Shown here piece after piece: positions 24,330 through 35,150 of a stretch of DNA of 64,000 nucleotides. Every line of letters begins with the position of its first letter. Position 1 is the first letter of the stretch. The stretch is taken from assembly GCF_018977255.1 (NCBI RefSeq), contig NW_024704743.1:67644001-67708000 (forward strand), given 5' to 3'. This DNA comes from Callorhinchus milii (lineage: Eukaryota). Under the pieces are notes generated by a model. It saw only the letters and a program-made list of their open reading frames with translations. It was not told the DNA's origin and made no database searches. The position numbers were made by a program, and so were the translations under genes.

Positions 24330-24700
24330 TAAAGGAATTTGCATTTTTATACCTCCTTATATCCAAATGCCTCAAAGCATTTCACAAATAATTGCGGTCA
24401 TGTGTAATGACTTTTTTGTAGTCAAATGCAGCAGACATAAGTATTAACGAGATTTCACAAACATTCAGGAGCTGAAAGGCTAATTTATCTGGCGGATTGT
24501 TGGCCAGGAAACCGGGGAGAAACTCCCTTCTCTTTTTGAAGAGTGTCATTTTCAACGTCGACTTGAAGAAGCAGAAGGGGATCCTGCTTTAATATCACAT
24601 CCAAAATAAGGAACTTGTGACAATGCAGAACTCCATCAGCACTGTCATTGTGTGGCAATTTAAGACTGGAGCTCAAGTCCAACCATGAATGTGGAGGTTT
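24330..24700 (-). mobile_element. Decayed DeuSINE (other Deu-domain copies about 49765-50140+, 58330-58550+, 61150-61370-)
   Basis: TTGTTGGCCAGGAAACCGGGGAGAAACTCCC...TTTCAACGTCGACTTGAA is the reverse complement of the Deu domain. Confidence 0.7.
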
Positions 24701-27564
24701 TAGCTTGAGCACTAGAATCTCTTATGATGCTATTTCAATGTCAGCATCTTCCTGCACCAGTGTGGACTTTTCATTTTCCACACCAGCCATCCTGACCCGA
24801 GTCAAAAAGAGAAGGTGGTTTCTCCTTGTTTCCTAGTCAACAATCCTCCATTTACCATAATTAGTCACTCACTTGATAGTTGTTTAGGGGATATTCCTGT
24901 GTCACAAACTGGCTGACGTGTTTGTCTATAAATACACATTCACTACATTTTATGGAAAACTTTGTGAAGTGCTTTGAGAATTTCAACATGACTAGGTGCT
25001 ATATCAAATATAAGGATTATTATTTTATTACTATTACTCTTATTTGAGGCCAGAGTTGCTAATACACTCTTGTACAAGCACGTTGTTCTTTGAATCTGCT
25101 TTGCCACTGCACTACACTGATACTTCTTAACTTAGATATCAACCTCAATCTCTCCTTGACCTCTTCGCTCTGGTCTCATCCCTCCTGTTCCTCCTCAGCG
25201 ACTGAGCCTTTAGTCACTACACTCTCATTCTTTGGAACTCCTTTCCCTAAACACTCCATCGAAAGCTGGCTAAAACAATTTTTTTGACTATAATAATAAT
25301 AATCCTTGCAGTTGACATAGTGCTTTTCATGTCTTCTAGACGTCTCAAAGCGCTTCACAGAATATATTGTAAAGTGAATTGACTGTATATTTGTGGGTGA
25401 AATACAGCAGTCAATTGCACACAGCAGTGTCCCACTGTGCCTAGAGTCATGTCTCTGCCCAAAGTTAAATTAGCAGAAGTTTAAAATATTCATCTATCCA
25501 CATATTTCCATTACGAGAGGCATAAATGAGAGTAAGGAGTGATATTGGGTTAGTGAAGACTCATGTGGAGTAGACACATAGCATGGACATGTTGGGCAAA
25601 ATGGACAGTTTCAGTGCTGTCAATTCTATGTACATAACCATGGCCTGTAAAGATTATTACTTTTCACAAATCGCAATCCCATTGTTCAGATCCTGCAATT
25701 CAACACATTTTTGGGTCTAAGCTTTGGTGTTCTTGGTATTTTTTAAACAGATTGCTCAATAAGATTTTTGAAAACATGCTGCAGAAATCACTCTTTAAAA
25801 CATGCTCGAAGTGAATGATATCAACAAATCACTTATGTAATGACACCATAATATAATAATAATCATTTCATTTGATATAGCCCCTTATCATGTCTTTGAG
25901 ACATCTCAAAGTGCTTCACAGAATATACTGCAAAAAGTGAATTGACTGTACATTTTGTAGACAGTTACAACACAGAAGTAGGCCTCTCAGCCCATTGTGG
26001 TCATTCTCATTCTCGTGTTTAATCCCATTCTCTTGCTTTACCCCCAAACCCTTTGATAGTCCTTTTTTGCAGATAATTATCTAATTCCTGTTCTGGAAAA
26101 CAATCCCCTGGATAACATAGGTCATTCACTTCAAGGCTGTTTGTAGGATATTACTCTGTGTAAAGTGGCTGCGGCATTCACCTATGAATAATACAGTCTG
26201 GATACCTTGCAGTAAATCCTGTGTTGACAACACATAAGGTGCTATATCGAATATAAATGTCAAGATTATTAACTCCCTCCTAAAATCTAATATTAATTCT
26301 ATCACAATCGCAGTTCCTGGTATGTCATTCCATGTTCTAACAACCCTCTGTGAAAAACAATTTCTCCTTTTGTTCTTTTGGTAACTACTTAAATCTAACA
26401 AATCTTAAACCTAGGGGCTAAAGATTGCATTCTGCAGCATTTTTTATGTATTTAAAAGTCAATAAAAACAGGATTCTTATTAAGAAATCAGTTTAGGAAA
26501 TATTAAAAACACTGAAATTTAGGCAGGGCTGAAGGAGGTGATTGTTATTTTACTTAATTTATCCCAGTGCAACGGAGGTTTTGACTGGGGGCAAACTACA
26601 ATTTTTTGTCCTTCATTTTGAGGAGCACAAAACTCACACAAGGTAATTAAAATTTTTAAAATAGCCTCCAACTAGATTGTGCAAATATGCAAATAGTTTA
26701 TTCAATTAGGAAGAATAAAATACCTAATTACCTGCTCCTTACCTGACTAATTCGCGTACTGCACCTAACTGCAGTTTTAATTGCACCTTCAAACTGAGCT
26801 GCTTGTTGGTTTCTACTCAATTACTCTGGCAGATAATTTCTTTCATTCAAATCAAATGGGTCTAACCAGGTTCCTTAACAACACAATTGGGTCTGTAACA
26901 AAATATGCACAAACCATTGCCTTTTGTTTGCTGCCCTATCATCAGACTGCCATTTTGGGATTTGTGTTTCCCCACAGATTATGTCCTCCCATATTTGCAA
27001 AGCGGAAGTCACTATGAATGGAACAAATTGAAGACGTGATAAGGCGCTATATCAAATGCCAGGATTATTTTTATTATTAAATCCAGTTTGCAAATGTTCC
27101 ATTTTACACTTCATTGATTCATTAAACCCACAACTCTAATAATTTATTTTCCTTCTGTGATGACTTCAAAGCTAGATGTGGTGTTGAACTGGGCCTTCCA
27201 CACCAGCAGATTCTTAGATTCAGTCCCTGATCTATCTTAAATCAGTCAGTACAGCAAGAGCGCAGAGTTTCCAGAAAGGAAGGGGAAAGGGAAAAGGCCA
27301 CTAAGATTCTTTTTCCAGATTATCTGATAACCGCCTGTTCAATGTAAGGATATTGGGACGAGGACAGGATCAGGTTTGGTGGCAATGACCATTATCCTCC
27401 CGTTTCCCATCTCCTAAATGGTTGAATATCACCAACAAAACAATTTGCATTTGTTTCAAGGGAGCAAAGGCAGGGAAATGGAGTTGAGGTACAGATCAGA
27501 CATTATCTAATAGAATGGCAGAACAGGCTCGAGAAGCTGCATGACTTACTCTTGTTCCTATTAA

Positions 27565-28500
27565 ATTGCACAGTGAGGAGGTCGGACACCAAGCAAGAAG
27601 AGGGTAAGGGGGAAGTGGTATGACCATACCTGGAAGGGATTTTAAAGTGGAATTTCAAGACAGATAGAGTGGTGTCAAGGCAAATGAGTAGGGTAGGGAG
27701 TTCCAGAGATTAGTGACACAGCAATTGAAGGCTTGGCCTCCAATGGTGGAGCAAAAGGGGCAGGGAATGTGCAGCAGGCCTGAGTTAGCCAAGTGGAGCA
27801 GCATGCAATGGGATGGGGGAGATCAAAGAAATAGAGAAACAGGAATTTGGACAAGAACTTTGAAGTTCATGTTCTGGGAGACAGGGAGACAGTCGAGCCT
27901 GATGAGGACTGAGGTGAAAGGCACCACAGTTTGGCGCAAGCGGTGGAGCTTTGGATTAGCTGAATCCCTTCCTCTTAAACTCTCTGTACAGTTTTTTAGA
28001 TTAAGAATTGACACATGGTTAAGGCACCAGAGGCTCGATGGTTTTTTGTACAGCTGAAACCCAGTATGAATCACTGCACTGAGAAATGAATGGATGATGG
28101 TGAAGGTCTGGGAATCTGGGGTTGCAGTCCTTCACTGATGGATGCTTTGAAGTTTCACCAGCTGGAGGGTTAATTGTTATTGCCAGCATTTACTCTGTAA
28201 TGTCCCCCACTTCATGTCCCCCACTGACCTGCTCCACCATCGGTGGGCAAGCTTTCGGCCACTCTGCCACCGTTTTCTGGAATTCCATCCCAGAGTCGCT
28301 CGACCTCACCCATCTCCCTCTCTGCATCAAAAGCCCACCTTGAGACCTTTCTTTTCAACTGCTCTTTTGGTCATCTTTCGCCTTTACCTCAATCAACTTC
28401 CCTGCCTCAAGCTCGGGCTCCAAGTAGGCTCTGTCAAATGTTGTGAGATGTCCTCCCGACGTTATAACGATGAAAGGTGTTATATAAATAGAAAATAGTT
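27565..28500. mobile_element. Two decayed L2 3' fragments (about 27565-27930 minus, about 28195-28500 plus)
   Basis: ORF remnants LIRLDCLPVSQNMNFKVLV (minus) and TIGGQAFGHSATVFWNSIP (plus), plus tails. Confidence 0.7.
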
Positions 28501-29348
28501 GTATTAATGCTTTCTACTGGTTTTGCTTCTGAATCTTTCTCCCAATAATTGTCCTTTTGATGCATTCTGTCAGGTAGGGCATTGATTTAAACCCAATTTG
28601 GCCATCCACTTCCCTAAGATTGGTGTTTCTGCCATTTAGAATTACAATAATGCTTTATTCCCCACATTCTCTGTGGAAAAGAGTAAGCCCATGTGACAGA
28701 AATCCACTTTTGCTTTATGAACACTGTTTTGGTGAAAGTCTCATAAATAAAATGGGAAAAACTCCAATAAAACGAATATTGCACACCAGTGCCGGGCAGT
28801 GCACAGAGCTGATTTCTAATGCTCTCACGCATTTCATGCTGAACTGTGCTGCCTACTGGGGAGCTTACAGGGGGTTCCTGGTACCTACCATTCATCAAAT
28901 GAGGGCTCAAACCCACGCATGGAGGATGTCGGATGATCAACTCGTGACTATCCTCCGGAGGGCGGGGAGGTGGGGTGTGGGAGGTAAACCAAGCAGTAAT
29001 ATCAATGTCAAGCTATGTGGTTTTAGCTGGTTAGACTCCAACAGTACTCCAACGCACATTCTGGGATCCACAAGCCTTGGCAACCTGCACCTAATACTTT
29101 CTGGAATTAGGTAAGCAGGAAGAGTCCCTCCAGGGAGAGAGTGCGCATTCCATTCCAACAATCTGTCTCTGGAATTTCCATGTGTAGGTGGGATGCATGG
29201 AATTCTCAGTTTGGTTTGGACACTCTTAAACATGGTGATGTGTCAAATGTCTTTAAGCATGGGTCAGACATCCAGCTGACCAAAAAAAAATCAGTGACCT
29301 GACCACACAAGCATCGAACAATGAAGTCATGAATGAACTGTGATAGAA

Positions 29349-29520
29349 AGGCTCACAAGAAGCATGCATATTCTAAACCAAAAATGATCAATCGTGTTGC
29401 ATTTATTTGAGATGTACTCTTAAGTTATTTTTATTTGGATGCAATGTTAAATTTGAGTCCTGTCTGCCTGTACAGGTGGACGTTAAACATCCTGAACCAC
29501 TATTTGAAAAGAGATGGAGT
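29349..29520 (+). repeat. 172-bp local direct repeat, copy 1 (copy 2 at 32627-32798)
   Basis: AGGCTCACAAGAAGCATGCATA...TATTTGAAAAGAGATG occurs twice, about 90% identical by eye. Confidence 0.9.
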
Positions 29521-29610
29521 TTCTCCAGTGTCCTGGCCAATAATCCCCCAGATAAAATCTGTCATTGAAATCATGGCTGTTTATGGGATATTGCCTTGTG
29601 CAAATCGCCT

Positions 29611-32380
29611 CAAAGTTAGCATACAGAATTCTGTGATCCCGAATTCTGTAGCTGAATAAGGTCACTGTACATGGGAGAGCAGATTAACCAGGGAGATGAG
29701 CAAAGGGTGTCAAACGGAGAAAGGAAACCCAGGGATAGGGTACTGGTGAACAGGACTAATAGCCCGAAATCAGAATTAAAGGTGCTATATCTGAATGCGC
29801 GAAGCATTCGAAACAAGATAGATGAGTTAAATGCACAAATAGAAACAAGCGGATATGATCTGGTTGCCGTCACCGAGACATGGTTACAGGAGATCAAGGG
29901 TGGGAGCTAAATATTCCAGGGTATGTGGTGTATAGGAAAGATAGGCAATGTGGTAAACGAGGAGGGGGGTGGCCCTGCTAATAAATGGGATAAAAACAGT
30001 AGAGAGGAAAGATTTTAAATCAGAAAAGCAGGAAGTAGAGTCAGTATGGGTAGAGGTACGTAACAACAAGAGGTAGAAAACTCTAGTGGGAGTAGTTTAT
30101 AGACCCCCGAACAGCAATCACAGTACCTCTCAAGGTATAAATCAGGAAATTAGCAGAGCATATAGTAAAGGAAAAACATTAATTGTGGGTGATTTTAATC
30201 TGCACATAGATTGGGACAACCAAATTGGGAAATGTATGATAGAGGAAGAGTTTATCGAATGTATTAGGGATAATTATCTAGATCAGTATGCCGAGGAGCC
30301 AACCAGGGAACAGGCCATATTAGACCTTGTTTTGTGCAATGAAGCTGGGCTGATCAGCAAACTGGAAATTAAGGCTCCTCGAGGGCAAAGTGATCATAAT
30401 ACGATGGAATTTAGCATTAAGTTAGAGAGAGAAGTAGTTAAGTCCGAAGCAAAGGTTTCAAATTTAAGTAGAGCTAATTTTGCTGGTATGAGAGAGGATT
30501 TAGCCAAAATAAACTGGGAAATTAGACTTAAGGAGTTGACAGTAGACCAGCAATGGCAGATGTTTAAGGAGATAGTGCAAAATTCCCAGCGAGCACGTAT
30601 TCCTTTGAGGAATAAGAATGCCACGGGAAAGGTGGCCCAACCGTGGCTAACTAGAGCAGTTAGGGAAAGTATAAAGTTAAAGGAAGAAGCCTATAAAATA
30701 GCTAAGATGAATAGTAAACCCAAGGATTGGGAGAACTTTAGGGATCAACAAAGGAGAACCAAAAAAGTGATTAGGAGGGAGAAAATGGAATATGAGGGCA
30801 AACTAGCGAAGAACATAAAGACAGACTGTAAGAGTTTTTATAAATATATAAAGAGGAAGAGGCTGTCAAGGGTAAATGTGGGTCCGCTACAGGCAGAGAC
30901 GGGAGGAATTACAGTAGGGGACAAAGACATGGCAGAGTCATTAAACAAGTACTCTGCTACTGTCTTCACCTTAGAAGACACTGAAAACCTAACAAGAATA
31001 GAGGGGAACCAAGAAGAAAATGTTAGCGAGCAACTTGGAGGAATTAATATTAGTAAAGAAATGGTTTTAGGTAAATTATCAGGTCTTAAAACTGATAAAT
31101 CTCCTGGACCTGATGGCCTACATCCTCGGGTTTTAAAAGAGGTGGCTACTGAGATAGTGGATGGCTTGTCTTTGATTTTCCAAAATTCTCTGGATTCTGG
31201 ATGTAGTATATTTAGATTTTAAAAAAGCATTTGACAAAGTGCCACACAAAAGGCTATTGCACAAGGTTAAGGCCCATGGGATTAATGGGAACATATTAGG
31301 TAGAAAACAGAGAGTAGGGATAAACGGGTCATTCTCGAATTGGCAGGATGTGACTAGTGGAGTGCCACAAGGATCAGTGCTTGGGCCTCAGCTATTTACA
31401 ATTTACATCAATGATCTAGACGAGGACATTGAATGTAACGTATCCAAATTCGCGGATGACACTAAACTAGGTGGGAGAGTAAGCTCTGAGGATGATGCAA
31501 AAAGATTGCAACGGGATATAGATAGGCCTGGGGAGTGAGCGAGTAGGTGGCAGATGGAATTTAATGTGGGGAAGTGTGAAGTTATTCACCTAGGTAGAAA
31601 AAATAGAAAAACAGATTATTTTCTAGAGGGGGAGAGATTAGATAATGTTAGAATGCAAAGGGATTTGGGTGTCCTTGTGCACCAGTCTCAAAAAGTTAGT
31701 GTGCAGGTGCAGCAAGCAACTAAGAAGGCGAACGGCGTGTTAGCGTTCATTGCAAAAGGTTTAGAGTACAAGAGAAGAGTAGGGAAGTCTTGCTGCAACT
31801 GTATAGGGCCTTGGTGAGACCGCACCTAAAGTATTGTGTGCAGTTTGGTCTCCTTATTTAAAAAAGGACGTACTTGCCCTAGAGGGGGTGCAGCGTAGAT
31901 TCACTCGGTTAGCTCCTGGGATGAGGGGACTGACCTATGAGGATAAGCTGAATAAACTAGGGCTGTATTCTCTAGAGTACAGAAGAATTAGGGGAGATCT
32001 TATTGAAACATATAAGATTCTTAAAGGGCTGGATAAAGTAGACACTGAGGGTCTGTCTCCCCTGGTAGGAGAATCTATAACCAGGGGTCACAGTCTTAAA
32101 ATTAAGGGTCAGCCTTTTAGAACAGAGTTGAGGAAACATTTCTTCACTCAGAGGGTAGTGAATTTATGGAATTCACTACCCCAGAAGGCTGTAGATCCTC
32201 AGTCCGTGAACATCTTCAAGGCTGAGACTGATAGATTTTTAAAAAAACAGGTATTAGGGGATATGGGGATAGGGCAGGCAATTAAGAGTTAGGTCAGAAG
32301 ATCAGCCATGATCTTATCGAATGGCGGGGCAGGCTCGAGGGACCAAATGGCTACTCCTGCTCCTAATTCTTATGTTCTTA
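29611..32380 (+). mobile_element. CR1-clade LINE (family A): disrupted ORF2 (APE endonuclease plus reverse transcriptase) and 3' UTR; no ORF1; internally deleted
   Basis: Endonuclease motifs LYLNARSIRNK, VAVTETWL, GVVYRPP, IVGDFN, LDLVL, SDHN. RT motifs [35 protein letters not shown]. 3' end TTCTTATGTTCTTA. Multiple stops and frameshifts. Confidence 0.96.
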
Positions 32381-32626
32381 CATTACAGTAAATCCTATGA
32401 AGAACTTTGAGACGTTTTGATGATGTTACTAAATCAAATACAAGGATTTTTGCTATTATTTTTTCTGACTTTGCCTCATTGAGATCAATGATGCTCCACC
32501 CACTGGTAAATTTACTGACCTTGGCAGACAAATGCATCACATTCTTCACTGATTAGTAAAATGTATAATCTTGGAGCTCTGATCTTATAATGGGATTTTC
32601 CCTTGAAATTTACTAACTCAGCTGGG

Positions 32627-32798
32627 AGGCTCACAAGAAGCATGCATATTTTAAACCAAAAATGATCAATCGTGCTCCATTTATTTGAGGTCACTCTTAA
32701 AGTCATTTTTATTTGGATGCAATGTTAAATTTGAGTCCACTCTGCCTGTTCAGGTGGACGTTAAAAATCCTGAGCCACTATTTGAAAAGAGATGAAGT
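32627..32798 (+). repeat. 172-bp local direct repeat, copy 2
   Basis: Matches 29349-29520. Confidence 0.9.
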
Positions 32799-33402
32799 CC
32801 TGTAGCTCAGTGGTTAGACCACTCGCCTCTCAAGTGAGAGACCTGGGTTTGATTCCCGGCAGGGCGAAAGCTTGGGCAAGTTTTCTTACTCCACACGCCT
32901 AATAATAATCCCTCAAGAATAAAATAAATAAATTGATCACTTCAATCCACAAATGTTTGTGGCACCCGCTGTGCACAATTGGCCACTGCATTTCGCCCAC
33001 AAATATACAACAACAACTTGGATTTATATAGCGCCCTCCATGCCGGATGGCATCTCAGAGCGCTTCACAGTAACGGATCCCGGGACCGAGCCAGGGGGAG
33101 GGGGAGGAAGGTGACCAAAGGCATGGTCGAAAAGAAAGGTCTTCAACAGAGACCTGAAAATAGGAAGGGAGGGAGCGATGTGAAGGGAGTGAGAAAGGGA
33201 GTTCCAGAGCCTCGGGGCATAGTGGCTGAAGGCACGGCCGCCGAGGGTGGAGCGGAGGACTCGGGGGAACAAGGAGGAGGCCAGACCCGGAGGAACGAAG
33301 GCATACAGTCAATTCACTTTACAGTATATTCTATGAAGTGCTTTGAGACGTCTAGAAGATGTGACAAGCGCTATATCAAATGCAAGGATTATTATTATTA
33401 TT
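32794..33402 (+). mobile_element. Full-length SINE subfamily A, interrupted by an antisense L2 fragment
   Basis: tRNA head at 32794. The body breaks at CACAAATATACA (33009) and resumes at ATACAGTCAATTCAC (33303). Confidence 0.92.
33010..33302 (-). mobile_element. Young L2 3' fragment with type-2 tail, nested in a SINE
   Basis: STLGGRAFSHYAPRLWNSL ORF2 end. ATACA is duplicated at 33005-33009 and 33303-33307. Confidence 0.92.
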
Positions 33403-33946
33403 AAGATGCATTTGCCTGCCTGGTTGGTAAACGTACAAATAATCAGGGAATCACTCCCTGAAAGCCACTGTTACCAAGTGAGGCCAAGTAAAACTGCCTT
33501 GAAAATCTGACTCAATCCACAGGAAATCCATATTCAGTTACAGAATTAAGGATCACAGAATTGGATCTAACACAAGATTTTGGTTCCTCTGAGGCACTTA
33601 AGCAAAGCATGTCAACCGTTTTTTATGTTATTTCTCTCTCTCTCTCTCTCTCTGTCATGGTCGACATCCCAAGCGCAAAATGCCTGCCACATCTGCTTAC
33701 AAATAACGTCACTTCATTTGAAAGTAATTACTGTTCAATGAAGCATTTTCAGATGTTTTAAGTTATTAGAGACTTATAAAATGCAAGTTTGTGTTTTATT
33801 TGATGATTATTTTTTTTTGTAAGATTAGAGAGAATTAAAGGAAGTTAAACACAGATTTGTTCAGTGGCTTTAACGAAGGAGAAAAAGATGCAGGTTTTGT
33901 TATTCAATGGATCAGTATTCCATTTAAGCAGTCCAAGATGCTACCC

Positions 33947-33986
<40 letters not shown>

Positions 33987-34292
33987 CCTTGCATTTGATA
34001 TAGCGCTTTTCACGTCGGGAGGACCTCCCAAAGCGTTTCACAGAACACACTATAAAGTGAATTGACTGTATATTTTGTGGGTGAACGTGGCAGCCAATTG
34101 CGCACAGCAATGTCTCACAAACAGTCGTAGATTGAAAATGACCAATTTTTATTATTGTTTTTGGTTTTGGAGGGAATATTATTAGGTGTGTGGAGTAAGG
34201 AAACTTGCCCAAGGTTTCGCCCTCTGCCTGGAATTGAACTCAGGTCTCTCACTTGCAAAGCGAGTGCTCTAACCACTGAACTACAGGACTCC
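33947..34292 (-). mobile_element. Full-length SINE subfamily A with a long (TTA)n tail (33947-33985)
   Basis: Head ends GGACTCC at 34292 and has boxes A and B. The tail stem-loop is of L2 type 1. Confidence 0.92.
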
Positions 34293-34714
34293 ACTGTCCA
34301 TGGACTCCTCCATGGACAGTGCTGTAAAAATATAAATTGTTGGATTGAGGCAATATTATTACAATAATAATCCTTGTATTACAGGACCTTATTACATATT
34401 CCAAACTTCTCAAAGTGCTTCACCGGATATAAAGTGTAGTGACTGTGTTATTTGGAGGAAAATTTGTAGGTAACTCTCAGTGATGCTTTCTTCCCAACAT
34501 CATGAATTGAAAAAAAATGAGAAATTAACATTATATCATTATAACATTATAGCATTATATAACACTGCCACAGTGTTAAATTAAAACTGAAGGGATAGCA
34601 AAATGGAATGCAAAATTTTCCTGCCTCGGTGCACTTTTGTTCTGTGTACTTGAAACTTTTTAAAACAGCCCTCCAGTAATTTTTTAACCAATTCCCACAC
34701 TAATATCCGGATAT

Positions 34715-35150
34715 AACTCTGGCTCAGTTGGTACCCCTCTTGTCTCTGAGCCAGAGGTTGTGGGATTAAGCCCGACATTGACACTTTTAGCTCATAGACT
34801 AGGCTGATAAAAGACTGGGGATACATTGCATTTTCAGTAGTGACGTCTTTCAGATGAGACATTAAACTGAAGTCCCATCTGTCTGTTCAGAAGATTGTTG
34901 AAGTCCCAAAGCATATTAAAAAAAAGAGCGAGGCAATTCTCCCGGACTCCTGACTATCAATCCACCAATAATATTGATCATTTACTTATTGGCTGTTTGT
35001 AGGATATTGCTACTTTCAAATTGGCAGTGAGTTCATTCACAGAAAAAGACTCACCACTCCATTTTACAATATATTTTGTGAAGCACTTTGAGATTTCCCC
35101 CTCATGTGAAAGGTGCTATGCCAAATGTAATGATTATTATTATTATTATT
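34715..35150 (+). mobile_element. Full-length decayed DeuSINE (SacSINE1-like architecture)
   Basis: TGGCTCAGTTGGTA...TCTGAG.CAGAGGTTGTGGG.TTAAGCCC head, complete Deu domain (TCTTTCAGATGAGACATTAAACTGAAG.CCCATCTG), L2-like tail. Confidence 0.8.

Noticed and set aside
28620..29114. 164-aa ORF as a nested gene
   Set aside because: No recognisable domain, a non-ATG start, and it lies among degenerate repeats, so it is most likely a chance ORF.
30086..31222. 378-aa ORF, the longest in the window, as a host gene
   Set aside because: It is a fragment of CR1 ORF2, bounded by stops, frameshifts and an internal deletion.
33946..34212. Recurrent small ORFs ending in KCKDYYYY or poly-L/poly-N
   Set aside because: These are translations of SINE/L2 tails and their (TTA)n/(GTT)n microsatellites.
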